From: Pseudomonadota bacterium
GTDB lineage: Bacteria > Pseudomonadota > Gammaproteobacteria > Ga0077536
Direction of reading: 5' to 3'
DNA: 64,000 bases
Assembly (NCBI GenBank): GCA_036130055.1
Contig: JAYYOR010000005.1
Span: 2,533 to 66,532 of the forward strand
In this document: piece by piece, positions 30,957 through 40,304 of the stretch
How positions within the stretch are numbered: position 1 is the first letter of the stretch
Layout: the number at the start of each line of letters is the position of its first letter
Position numbers and translations under genes: made by a program
The notes under the pieces: generated by a model
What the model was told of the DNA's origin: nothing
Databases searched by the model: none
What the model saw: only the letters and a program-made list of their open reading frames with translations

Positions 30957-30976
30957 TACTGTTAATAAATACAGTA
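30957..30976. promoter_or_regulatory. LexA (SOS) box TACTGTTAATAAATACAGTA
   Basis: Perfect CTGT-N8-ACAG palindrome matching the gammaproteobacterial consensus TACTGTATATATATACAGTA. It lies in the divergent intergenic region, 23 nt upstream of the dnaE2 start. Confidence 0.6.
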
Positions 30977-31068
30977 TATCAAAAAATATAACCTAATCCA
31001 TACCTCATTTTTTTTATTAAATTTTTTTTAATTTGGGCTATACTATTTTATTAAAAAAGCAACATGCA

Positions 31069-32259
31069 ATGTTTGAGAATATTACACCCTTAACTGCAGA
31101 CCCTATCCTTGGCCTAATGGCAGAGTTTAGAGAAGATAAAAGAAATTTAAAAATAGATCTTGGAGTCGGAGTTTATCGAGATGACCTCGGAAATACTCCA
31201 ATAATGCTGGCTGTTAAAGAGGCTGAAAGACAAAAAATAAAGCTGGAATCAACGAAATCTTATATCGGCCCTACCGGTTCTGAAAATTATAATAAGCTTA
31301 CTCAAGATATAACACTGGGAGAAGAACATAGAGTTTTAAAAGACAAACGCATTACTACAATTCAAACTCCAGGTGGATGCGGCGCTCTAAAAATCGGGGC
31401 CGATTTTATAAATAAAGTTAGGCCAAATTCAACAATTTGGGTGAGCTCTCCTACTTGGGCAAATCATATCCCCTTATTAGGTGGCGCGGGACTTAGAATA
31501 AAAGACTATAGTTACTATTGCCCAAACAATAAAAGACTAGATAAACCAAAAATGCTTGATTCATTAAGGCAAGCATCAGAAGGTGATATTATTTTAATAC
31601 ACGGGTGTTGTCATAACCCATCCGGCGTAGATTTAGATGAAGAGGCTTGGGAAAAACTTATAGAAATATTAACAAGAAGGCACTTACTTCCCTTCATTGA
31701 TCTAGCGTACCAAGGGCTCGGAGATGGTTTAGAAGAGGACGTGAAAGGTCTGAGGAAATTAATCGGGGCTATCCCAGAGGCACTAATTGCCTGTTCATAC
31801 TCTAAAAACTTCGGCCTCTATAGAGAAAGAACTGGCGCCCTACATGTAGTATTAAAGTCACCCAAAACTGTTAAAGCTGTATCTGATCAGCTGGGCTCAA
31901 TAGCTCGAGGAATCTATTCGATGCCGCCAGCTCATGGGGCTTTATTGGTTGAACGCATTCTAGCTGATGAACCTTTAAAATCTTTATGGACCAACGAACT
32001 AAATCAGATGCGGAAGAGAATATCCACGTTAAGATTGGAACTTGCCCAGAAACTTAACCAGGCTACTAAATTAGACTTCAATTTCATAACAGAGCAAAAA
32101 GGAATGTTTTCATTCTTAGGAATTTCTAAGGAACAAATCAGCGAGCTAAAAATTAACCACGCAATTTATATGGTTGACTCTAGCCGAATCAATATTGCAG
32201 GTTTGAACGCCAACAATATAGACTATTTTGTCGAAGGGATTCGCCAGGTACTAAAATAA
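31069..32259 (+). CDS. Aspartate / aromatic-amino-acid aminotransferase (class I, AspC/TyrB type). Start trimmed from the listed 31033 to the MFENITPL ATG at 31069.
   Basis: N-terminus MFENITPLTADPILGL matches the AspC/TyrB start; the PLP-lysine region (…SYSKNFGLYRERTGAL…) fits the same family. Confidence 0.8.
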   Translation: MFENITPLTADPILGLMAEFREDKRNLKIDLGVGVYRDDLGNTPIMLAVKEAERQKIKLESTKSYIGPTGSENYNKLTQDITLGEEHRVLKDKRITTIQTPGGCGALKIGADFINKVRPNSTIWVSSPTWANHIPLLGGAGLRIKDYSYYCPNNKRLDKPKMLDSLRQASEGDIILIHGCCHNPSGVDLDEEAWEKLIEILTRRHLLPFIDLAYQGLGDGLEEDVKGLRKLIGAIPEALIACSYSKNFGLYRERTGALHVVLKSPKTVKAVSDQLGSIARGIYSMPPAHGALLVERILADEPLKSLWTNELNQMRKRISTLRLELAQKLNQATKLDFNFITEQKGMFSFLGISKEQISELKINHAIYMVDSSRINIAGLNANNIDYFVEGIRQVLK

Positions 32260-32261
32260 GT

Positions 32262-33101
32262 TTATCGGTATACAATTTTTTTGACCTTTCCTTCTGACAT
32301 AGAGCCTAGAACCACTTTGTCAAAACTCCTTGTCTCATTCAGTGCCATTTCTGCTATATCAACACCATCAGCGAGCTCTTTTTTTGAATCTACCATATTA
32401 ATAAGCGGAATGATTTTGACTCTCTCTAAATTTCTTAAAAAACCATCCTTCGATACCATTAATTTGACAATCTTTTCTTTCGTTATGATACATGCCGGTG
32501 ATGCCTTCCAAAGCTTGCATAGCTCAGCAACTCGATGAGCGATTTCTGGTGTTAATCTCTCTCCTAGGGCTTTAATAGAAAGAATCGGTATTACTAAATC
32601 ACAAGCACTAGGGATAACTGGTTCTTTTTGATTTGGCCCTTTAATCAATTTAGATCGAGCACCATCGGCCTTACAAAACATAAAATCAAATTTCTTTGAA
32701 AACCAAATTTTACTTAATTCAGCGTCTGTCAGACCGGCAACACGCCCGCTTTTATTAGATTTTTTTTTAAAAGCAATAACCCTATTAGTCGAACTCAGCG
32801 GATCATAATCATCATTATTAAGATCAACGACTCTGTCAACATAAGCTCTTTTATAATCGAACATCTGAGTAGTTGAAGACAATGCGACCCGGCCCGTAAC
32901 AAATTTACTTAAAGCATACATGGTAGACTTTTTCCCACCAGCACCAATAAACGAAATGAATCCTTTTGTAGATTCTAAAAACACGTTCACAATAAAACTA
33001 TCCTCACAATCTGAAAGTGATTTAATTAAATTATTAATATAGAATACAGAATTAAAAAGAAATAAAAAAATAGATTTAGTTTCAAGTGGAAGTTTATACA
33101 A
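32262..33101 (-). CDS. P-loop protein, possibly a YqeC-like (selenium-dependent Mo-hydroxylase accessory) family member
   Basis: GAGGKKST P-loop near residue 55; a downstream …SSTTQM… and …CKADGA… pattern is reminiscent of YqeC-type proteins. Weak assignment. The listed start overlaps the divergent LLM gene, so the true start is probably internal. Confidence 0.3.
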   Translation of the reverse strand: MYKLPLETKSIFLFLFNSVFYINNLIKSLSDCEDSFIVNVFLESTKGFISFIGAGGKKSTMYALSKFVTGRVALSSTTQMFDYKRAYVDRVVDLNNDDYDPLSSTNRVIAFKKKSNKSGRVAGLTDAELSKIWFSKKFDFMFCKADGARSKLIKGPNQKEPVIPSACDLVIPILSIKALGERLTPEIAHRVAELCKLWKASPACIITKEKIVKLMVSKDGFLRNLERVKIIPLINMVDSKKELADGVDIAEMALNETRSFDKVVLGSMSEGKVKKIVYR

Positions 33102-34123
33102 CTATTGATCAAAAAAATTTGAATGTCGCCCAAAGCTCTGCGATAGGGGCGGAAACCCTTGGCTTCGATGGAATCTACACTCTAGAAAACAAACATGATC
33201 CTTTTCTACCTTTAGCCTCAGCACTTGTTGCAACCAAAAATATTGCCCTTTCCACAGGAATAGCGCTCGCTTTTACCCGCTCTCCAATGCTAACAGCCAA
33301 TTTAGCTTGGGATCTTCAAACTTCATCCGGTGGTCGTTTTACCTTGGGCTTAGGCCCCCAAATAAAAGCCCATAATGTAAGAAGATTCAGTGTTTCCTGG
33401 TCAGCACCCGCCCCAAGAATAAAAGAATATATAATGGCTATAAGACATATCTGGGACTGCTGGACAACGGGAACAAAATTAAATTTTCAAGGTAAATATT
33501 ATCAATTTGATCTCATGCCTCCTAATTTTGTCCCTGAACCCACTGATGTAGCTCCCCCTCCAATTTTTTTAGGTGCCGTTGGTCCCACGATGATGAAAGT
33601 TGCTGGAGAAGTTGCTGACGGAGTTATACTACATCCCCTATGTACAGAAAAATACTTTGACCAAATCGTGATGCCAAATTTATCCATTGGTCTAAAAAAA
33701 GCGAGGAAAAAACGTGAAAATTTTAAGGTGATTGGGGGGCGGTTTTTTAATACAGGGAGAACCGAGAAAGAAGTAAATTCAAAACGAGCGTGGGCGAAAG
33801 AACGAATTGGATTCTATGCTTCTACCCCTGCATACTGGCCTGTCTTGAATTCTGAAGGAGTAGAAGAGATTGGACCTAAATTAAGAGAACTCACAAGACA
33901 GGGAAAGTGGAGCCAAATGTCAGATATCGTGCCAAATAGCCTAGTAGACGCATGTTGCTTAAGCGGTACGTATGACCAAATTGCTGAGGAAATTCTCAGA
34001 AAAGTAGGCACTCAAATTGACACTATTCTGGTCAGCCAAAGCTATGAAAAACAAGTTTGGCTTCCTACTAAGACCATAGAGGATATACAAAAAATTGCTA
34101 CCCCATTTAGAAACTATATTTAA
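33086..34123 (+). CDS. LLM-class flavin/F420-type oxidoreductase (paralogue of the ORF at 42630-43670)
   Basis: Luciferase-like TIM-barrel signature (…GFDGIYTLENKHDPFLPL…). Shares long blocks with the 42630-43670 ORF (…FDKPAARIEEYIRCIKSIWDCF… versus …WSAPAPRIKEYIMAIRHIWDCW…). Confidence 0.7.
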   Translation: MEVYTTIDQKNLNVAQSSAIGAETLGFDGIYTLENKHDPFLPLASALVATKNIALSTGIALAFTRSPMLTANLAWDLQTSSGGRFTLGLGPQIKAHNVRRFSVSWSAPAPRIKEYIMAIRHIWDCWTTGTKLNFQGKYYQFDLMPPNFVPEPTDVAPPPIFLGAVGPTMMKVAGEVADGVILHPLCTEKYFDQIVMPNLSIGLKKARKKRENFKVIGGRFFNTGRTEKEVNSKRAWAKERIGFYASTPAYWPVLNSEGVEEIGPKLRELTRQGKWSQMSDIVPNSLVDACCLSGTYDQIAEEILRKVGTQIDTILVSQSYEKQVWLPTKTIEDIQKIATPFRNYI

Positions 34124-34146
34124 AAAGATAGGAAAAGGAAACTAAT

Positions 34147-35544
34147 ATGCGTTTATCTAGCAAACTTACTAGAAGAGCCTTCTTTTATTTGATCGGTTTA
34201 GTGGCAACTGGGATCAGTCTGGCCAACCCCGTAAAGAACTTTGAAATGAAAAAAATTAGAATTAAAAATTGGAATTCTATCCTTAAAGACGCGAAACAAT
34301 TTCCATTTTTAAAAGCCTTGTATTCCCGAAGGTCTCGACGCTTTGGGTGGGGCATGGAGATTCCCTCGGGACCTTTAAAATTTAAATCTCAAAAGCCTCC
34401 CATCGGTCTAGATGAGTTTGAAAATGCTTTTATAGTAGCTTCGGGAATGGGTGTCTCCGGTTGGCATAATGGAATACCTTTTTCTTCTTCGCAAGAAGGC
34501 TTATGTAGTTACAATGTTAGATTCACTGGAAGAACGTTCCCTTGTACTGCGGGAATTGGAAACGTTGATTTATTTTATACCAATGATTCAGGTACATATT
34601 TTGTTTCGACCAGAAATGGAGATGGAAACAAGCCTTGGGACATGACAAATGAAAGCGAAGCAGAAAATTTGATAAATCAAGTCAATCAACATACGACCAA
34701 GTTAAACAGCGAACGATTAGAGCTGACCAGAGACGGGAAAAACTTTAGTGCTCACAATATTTGGAATGGTAATACTGAAGGCTCAACTTTGTACATTCCT
34801 GCGGCAAATGTATCCGAACAATTGATCGCAATGCTTTTTATAGTTGTTGAATCAGGCTATATCGTTTTTGACGATATCAATAAAACAAAAGCGGGTGACC
34901 TCGACAGATACATCGAAAATGGAGTATTAAAAGAAGATAGAAGGTATCCTCTTTCATATCTCGAGCAATATACACTTACACAGTGTGCGGTGGAAATGGG
35001 AACGATGGGGCATAATATGTCTCTATCATTGCAACCATTAGGCTTAGGAGGATGGTTCTATTCTGGGATAAACCCCTTTTCTGTAATGGGCCTAAAAGCA
35101 AAAAATGGACAACCAGGGCTTGGGTTTGAATTTGAATATAATAAAGATTGGGGGGTGCCAAATCCAACTGGAATCTCTGAGTTTTATTTTTCAATGACCC
35201 CTCCTCACTTCAAAACGATGTCTGAGGCCGTTGAATCATTCATTGAAAAGAAATTTGGCAATAATGGCACTTTTAGAAATAAAAACCATCCTTATAAAGA
35301 AGAAACATTTACCAATAACGCAAACACACCTAGCGAGGAAAAAATAGAATGTGTGAAAGAAATTGCTGAATACATTTACCAAAAATTTAGCAAATTTCCA
35401 GGTACGGTACCAAGTATTTTTATAAGATATTATGTCCAAGCACATCGCCTAGAAACCGACTATTATGATAAATTTTTTAAACCAGGATCCTACATAGAGA
35501 CCCATAAAGCCAACGTTCAAAGATGGCAAGGGCTAGACACCTAA
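34147..35544 (+). CDS. Tat-signal exported protein with a nitroreductase-like (RRSxRxF) motif
   Basis: Twin-arginine signal (LTRRAFFYLIGLVATGISLA^NP); internal YSRRSRRFGWG…PIGLDEFENAFIVA resembles the N-terminal motif of nitroreductase-fold flavoenzymes. No confident family assignment. Confidence 0.4.
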   Translation: MRLSSKLTRRAFFYLIGLVATGISLANPVKNFEMKKIRIKNWNSILKDAKQFPFLKALYSRRSRRFGWGMEIPSGPLKFKSQKPPIGLDEFENAFIVASGMGVSGWHNGIPFSSSQEGLCSYNVRFTGRTFPCTAGIGNVDLFYTNDSGTYFVSTRNGDGNKPWDMTNESEAENLINQVNQHTTKLNSERLELTRDGKNFSAHNIWNGNTEGSTLYIPAANVSEQLIAMLFIVVESGYIVFDDINKTKAGDLDRYIENGVLKEDRRYPLSYLEQYTLTQCAVEMGTMGHNMSLSLQPLGLGGWFYSGINPFSVMGLKAKNGQPGLGFEFEYNKDWGVPNPTGISEFYFSMTPPHFKTMSEAVESFIEKKFGNNGTFRNKNHPYKEETFTNNANTPSEEKIECVKEIAEYIYQKFSKFPGTVPSIFIRYYVQAHRLETDYYDKFFKPGSYIETHKANVQRWQGLDT

Positions 35545-36186
35545 ATGCTACTCTACGTCGCACAGGGACCCTCTTCTAGAGTTGTCGAAATGTTTCTGAT
35601 TGAGAGCCAAATCAAAATAAAAAAAATATTTTTAAACCTAGTAAACGGCGACAACCTCCAACCTGACTATCTCAAGAAGAACCCGCTTGGGCAAGTTCCT
35701 TGTTTAACCCTAGGGGATGAAGCAGTCTGTGAAAGCACGGCAATATGCGAATATCTTGATAAATTTAATAACAAAGAAAATAGTTTATACGGTCAGAATG
35801 AAATCGAAAAAGCAAAAGTAAAAATGTGGCAGCGTCGTATTGATCTTTACATATGGGAAAATATTTTTTTTGCATACAAATCGTCTATCGGGCTTGAGAT
35901 TTTTAAAACAAGGATCCTAACGCTTCCTGATGCTGCTGAGGAATTTGCGAAAGTGGCTAAAGACAATTTAAAAATTTTTGATAATCAACTTAAAAACCAT
36001 CGCTGGATAAGCGGTGAAAATTTTTCAATTTGCGATATCTCTCTTTTTTGTATACTTGATTTTGGGCTACAAAATAAACAACCATTTGACCCAGGACTTT
36101 TGGAACTTAATGTATGGTACTCAACCATGATGACCAGAGAGAGCATATATAAAAGCAAAGAAAATTTGGAAATGAAAAATGAATAG
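35545..36186 (+). CDS. Glutathione S-transferase
   Basis: N-terminal thioredoxin-like GST domain (MLLYVAQGPSSRVVEMFL…NPLGQVPCL); alpha-helical C-terminal domain. Confidence 0.75.
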   Translation: MLLYVAQGPSSRVVEMFLIESQIKIKKIFLNLVNGDNLQPDYLKKNPLGQVPCLTLGDEAVCESTAICEYLDKFNNKENSLYGQNEIEKAKVKMWQRRIDLYIWENIFFAYKSSIGLEIFKTRILTLPDAAEEFAKVAKDNLKIFDNQLKNHRWISGENFSICDISLFCILDFGLQNKQPFDPGLLELNVWYSTMMTRESIYKSKENLEMKNE

Positions 36187-36418
36187 TGAAAATAAAAAAA
36201 TTTTAGACACAAAAGGCCTAAATTGCCCTTTGCCTCTTCTGAAAACCAAAAAAGCGCTATTATCAATTGCCAAAAATGAAATTCTGGAAATTTACGCAAC
36301 CGATCCAGGTGCAGAAAAAGATTTGAAAAACCTCTGTGAGGTCACTAAATATAAGCTAATCTCCTTTAGAATAAAAAAGGATGGTACTTATATATTTCAA
36401 ATAACAAAAAATGATTAA
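36179..36418 (+). CDS. TusA-like sulfur-carrier / SirA family protein
   Basis: CPxP motif (LNCPLPLL) in a 79-aa two-layer alpha/beta protein. Its start overlaps the GST stop by 8 nt, and its stop overlaps the NUDIX start by 8 nt. Confidence 0.7.
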   Translation: MNSENKKILDTKGLNCPLPLLKTKKALLSIAKNEILEIYATDPGAEKDLKNLCEVTKYKLISFRIKKDGTYIFQITKND

Positions 36419-37070
36419 AAAAAATAAAATTGTAAAACCCGTGGATGCTGGAAGTTTAGTGATTTATCAAATGAAAGGACAACGAATACAGGTTTTAATG
36501 GGACGGCGAGGAAGTAAAGCAAAATTTCAGCCGGGCTTCTATGTCTTTCCCGGAGGTGTGCTAGAAAAAAGTGACCACAAAGCTAAATTTACGAATAAAA
36601 TTGATCAAAATTCAATTAAATATATGGCAGTAGGAAACAAAGCGTCAAAAGCAAACTCGCTGGCATTGACCAGCATCAGGGAGGCTTATGAGGAGGTTGG
36701 CCTCGTATTCGGAAAAAGAATTCCTAGCACTGAAAAAAAAACTGATGGTAAATGGGAATATTTCCAAAAAAACAATATTTGTCCAGATTTAGGTGTTCTC
36801 GAATACTTAGGAAGAGCTATTACACCAAACTATCTTCCTATCAGATATCATGCTAGATTTTTTTCAATTAATATTAAACATCTCTTAACTAAAGAAACGG
36901 CCGATGGAGAGCTTGAGGACATAAAATGGGTTGACCTAGAGAAGACGGATACCGTAAAAATGATGGGGGTTCAAAAAATGATTTTAAATGTATTAAAAAC
37001 TAGGCTGTGCACTGGAGAACTGAGACCAAAGTTTTTATTTTTCAAATGGAATAGGAAAAATATAGTTTAA
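36411..37070 (+). CDS. NUDIX hydrolase
   Basis: Nudix box G-x5-E-x7-REAYEEVGL. Confidence 0.7.
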   Translation: MIKKNKIVKPVDAGSLVIYQMKGQRIQVLMGRRGSKAKFQPGFYVFPGGVLEKSDHKAKFTNKIDQNSIKYMAVGNKASKANSLALTSIREAYEEVGLVFGKRIPSTEKKTDGKWEYFQKNNICPDLGVLEYLGRAITPNYLPIRYHARFFSINIKHLLTKETADGELEDIKWVDLEKTDTVKMMGVQKMILNVLKTRLCTGELRPKFLFFKWNRKNIV

Positions 37071-37078
37071 TTCAATAG

Positions 37079-37453
37079 CTATAGGGCTTTTAATTCGATT
37101 TTATTTTCCTCAATATCGTAGAAATATAATGACTCTCCGTAGCCTGAAGCACCGAATCTGCTTGCCGGTGGCTCGAACCGAACTTTATTCTTTCTAAAAT
37201 GATTTTGTATTTTATGGCATTCAAATGGAAAAACACATAAGCAAAAATGTTCAATATTATTGTTTCGAACTCTTGGTAGTTGAGATGATGCAGAATCAAC
37301 TAAGTCAATAAGTATAGAACCGAGCCTAAGTTGTGTCATATCTGGAATTTTTCTTGCGACTGAAAAGCCCAATACTGTGCAATAAAACTCTTCCATCTTT
37401 ATTCTGCTGTTCACGTTAATCACTATATGGTCGATTATTGCGTCTTCAAACAT
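37079..37453 (-). CDS. VOC (glyoxalase / bleomycin-resistance / dioxygenase) family protein
   Basis: N-terminal IDHIVINV…FYCTVLGF pattern typical of VOC-fold proteins. Confidence 0.6.
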   Translation of the reverse strand: MFEDAIIDHIVINVNSRIKMEEFYCTVLGFSVARKIPDMTQLRLGSILIDLVDSASSQLPRVRNNNIEHFCLCVFPFECHKIQNHFRKNKVRFEPPASRFGASGYGESLYFYDIEENKIELKAL

Positions 37454-38664
37454 TTTCTGCTTTTCTCTGATTGTTTAAGGTCATGCTGAATCCCAAAAAA
37501 TACGAAAACTGCACCGAGACTACAGGCTATTCCAACGATAAACAATCCGGTATTAAATGGAAATATAGCGAGTGAAAAGCTAGCAAGAATTGGTCCAAAC
37601 GAAGAACCACCATCTGTAAGCAATCGCCAAACACCAAGAAATTCTCCTTTATTTTTTGATGGCGCATTATCGGTACCTAGCATCATTGTAATCCCCGTGG
37701 ATAATCCATTGGCAACTCCGAGTATAACGGCTATAAATATGAGTGCCAAATAACTCTGTACAAAAGCTAAAGACATCAAACCTATGCTAAATAAAATAGA
37801 GCTTGGAATTGCACCAGCCCTTCTTCCAAACCGACTCATCAAGATACCAGCCGGATAAAACAAAATTAGATCTATAGCTGCGGATAAAGAGACAACAAAA
37901 CCAATCGAAGTCACACTCAAACCTAACGAATCTCCAACAATTGGAATTAATACTATTCGAGCTGCTCTCATTAACATAAATATGACTGATGCGACACCAG
38001 CAGTTAAAAAAATTTTTTTATTTTCAGAAATAACTTTTATGTAAGATGAAAAAAAATCCGATTTTACCTCAATCCGATTTTGCTCATTAATTTTGGTTGT
38101 AACAATATAGAATCCAAAAAATAAAAAAAATGAACTAATCAAGAATGTAGTTTGAAACCCAACAGCTTCAGCAAGTATCCCACCGATGATCGGGCCTATA
38201 AGAGCCGTTAATCTCAAACCTCCAGCAAGCATCGCAATAACCCGACTCCTTAAGTTAAAATCATATTTATCTGATATATAGAGCATACGTCCGACTAAAA
38301 ATAATGCACTAACAAAACCATGGATTAAAGCCAAAGATAGATACACAGTTGGCGAGCTTGCAAGTCCATAAAGTAGGAATAAAATGAACAATAAAAAGGT
38401 AGCTATTGACATTGCGGCTCTGCTACCGATTCGGGATACCAGGAAGCCCGCTGGAATATCAAACAACATCATTCCGAGCCCTTTCAATCCTAATACTGCA
38501 GCAGCCTGAGAGGTTGAACCTCCCGCGTCTAGGACTGCTAAAGGGAGAATTAGAAAAGACGAATAGGTGGCAGTGCCAATTAACAATAGCGGCAAATAAA
38601 TCGAAATGAAAGGCTCTTTATGTTGCAATAATCCAAGCCGAATATTCTGACTAATGTTACTCAA
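37435..38664 (-). CDS. MFS transporter
   Basis: Twelve predicted hydrophobic helices; MFS-like loop motifs (…GRRAG…). Confidence 0.8.
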   Translation of the reverse strand: MSNISQNIRLGLLQHKEPFISIYLPLLLIGTATYSSFLILPLAVLDAGGSTSQAAAVLGLKGLGMMLFDIPAGFLVSRIGSRAAMSIATFLLFILFLLYGLASSPTVYLSLALIHGFVSALFLVGRMLYISDKYDFNLRSRVIAMLAGGLRLTALIGPIIGGILAEAVGFQTTFLISSFFLFFGFYIVTTKINEQNRIEVKSDFFSSYIKVISENKKIFLTAGVASVIFMLMRAARIVLIPIVGDSLGLSVTSIGFVVSLSAAIDLILFYPAGILMSRFGRRAGAIPSSILFSIGLMSLAFVQSYLALIFIAVILGVANGLSTGITMMLGTDNAPSKNKGEFLGVWRLLTDGGSSFGPILASFSLAIFPFNTGLFIVGIACSLGAVFVFFGIQHDLKQSEKSRKCLKTQ

Positions 38665-38693
38665 TTGAAACTAAATCGCAAAACATAATAATC

Positions 38694-40292
38694 TCAGTCA
38701 ATTTCTCGTTCCCGTAATTCAATCCTTCTTATTTTACCGCTCACAGTTTTGGGCAACGAATCAACAAACTCTATTTTTCTAGGATACTTATACGGTGCTG
38801 TGATTTCCTTAACATGTTCTTGTAACATTTTTGATGTTTCTTCGTTTGCCGTAAATCCCTCTGCTAAGATTACAAAGGCTTTCACCACTGCCCCTCTTGT
38901 ATTATCAGGGCTGCCGACAACTGCCGATTCAATCACTGCGGGATGTTTGAGTAGAGCGCTCTCTACCTCGAACGGACCAATTCTGTAGCCTGCGGACAAA
39001 ATAACATCGTCCGCACGGCTGATAAACCAAAAAAAACCATCCTCGTCGACCTTCCCTCGGTCTCCTGTGATATACCAGTCTCCAACAAAACAACTATCGT
39101 ACCTTTCTCTATCTTTATAATAATCTATGAAAAGGCCGGGAGTTCCCTCGGCTTGAATTCTTATAGCTATATCACCTTCTTCGTTCGCGCTTAGTTTCTG
39201 ACCCCTCGCATCTATGATTCCCATCTCGAAATCAGGCATTGGTTTCCCCATTGAACCCAGACGAACCTCACCATTCGGAAGATTTCCGCAAATAAGGACT
39301 GTCTCAGTCTGGCCATAACCGTCCCGAATAATCAAACCGGTCGCTTTTTGCCAAGTCTCAATAACCTCAGGATTCAAGGGCTCGCCAGCACCAACACAAT
39401 GCCGCAGATTAAGCGGCTTAAAATCCGACAAGTCCTCCTGAATAAGCATCCTATAAACAGTTGGCGCCCCACACATTGTCGAAATTGGATATTGCATTAA
39501 CATTTTAATGGTTTCTTTTGGGGTGAAAATAGGATTGTTTGAAACGAATAAAGCGGCCCCTTGATTCCAAGGCCCAAAGTAGCTTGAATAAGCTGCCTTA
39601 GCCCAGCCATTATCACTTATATTCCAGTGCAAATCGCCTGAAGTTAAGTCAAGCCAATTTCTTCCCGTAATCTGATGGGCATAGCCGTAGCTATGATTAT
39701 GAATTGTCATCTTAGGATAACCAGTTGTTCCTGATGTAAAATAGCATAATGCTCGATCGCTCGACCTAGTTTTTAAAGCTGTGAATGGTGGATTCGATTC
39801 TTCAATTATCGCATTTAAGTTTTTCCAGTCATTTTCAACTTCGCCAATTTTAATTTTTGTCTTCAGGGTTGGGCAAATTTGACTAATTTTTTCAATTTTT
39901 CGCGCATTTTCATGATCGGTAATAACGCAGGTTGCTTCAGCTGCTTTTATTCTATACGCAATATCATCGCTAGATAGTTGGGTTGTTCCTGGAGAACAAA
40001 CCGCACCCATCCGTAAGCATGCTGTTAGGGCTATCCACCATTCAATTTCTCTACCCATAATCAAAAGCACTATGTCATCTCTCTTGCAACCTAATTTGAC
40101 AAGTCCCTCAGCAAGCCGCTTCGATTTTTCTGAGATATCTCGAAAAGTTAACTCGACTGTCTTCTGCCCATTAGTCCATACCATCGCAACCTTATTATTT
40201 TTTTCTGCGGCCCATTTATCTACCACATCCGTTGCAAAGTTATAAAATTCTGGCGGAGGCCAACTTATTTTTGCAAGCCCTGATTGTTCCAT
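38694..40292 (-). CDS. AMP-forming acyl-CoA synthetase (medium-chain type)
   Basis: AMP-binding signature FTSGTTGYPK; C-terminal …SGKIRR… lysine motif. Confidence 0.85.
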   Translation of the reverse strand: MEQSGLAKISWPPPEFYNFATDVVDKWAAEKNNKVAMVWTNGQKTVELTFRDISEKSKRLAEGLVKLGCKRDDIVLLIMGREIEWWIALTACLRMGAVCSPGTTQLSSDDIAYRIKAAEATCVITDHENARKIEKISQICPTLKTKIKIGEVENDWKNLNAIIEESNPPFTALKTRSSDRALCYFTSGTTGYPKMTIHNHSYGYAHQITGRNWLDLTSGDLHWNISDNGWAKAAYSSYFGPWNQGAALFVSNNPIFTPKETIKMLMQYPISTMCGAPTVYRMLIQEDLSDFKPLNLRHCVGAGEPLNPEVIETWQKATGLIIRDGYGQTETVLICGNLPNGEVRLGSMGKPMPDFEMGIIDARGQKLSANEEGDIAIRIQAEGTPGLFIDYYKDRERYDSCFVGDWYITGDRGKVDEDGFFWFISRADDVILSAGYRIGPFEVESALLKHPAVIESAVVGSPDNTRGAVVKAFVILAEGFTANEETSKMLQEHVKEITAPYKYPRKIEFVDSLPKTVSGKIRRIELREREID

Positions 40293-40304
40293 AATTTCTC
40301 CCTA

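Noticed and set aside
33086-33101. Divergent genes whose start codons overlap by 16 nt (YqeC-like minus gene and LLM plus gene)
   Set aside because: This is more likely start-codon miscalling than a real overlapping divergent promoter. The P-loop protein has no internal ATG before its GAGGKKST motif, so it probably uses an unannotated GTG or TTG start further in.
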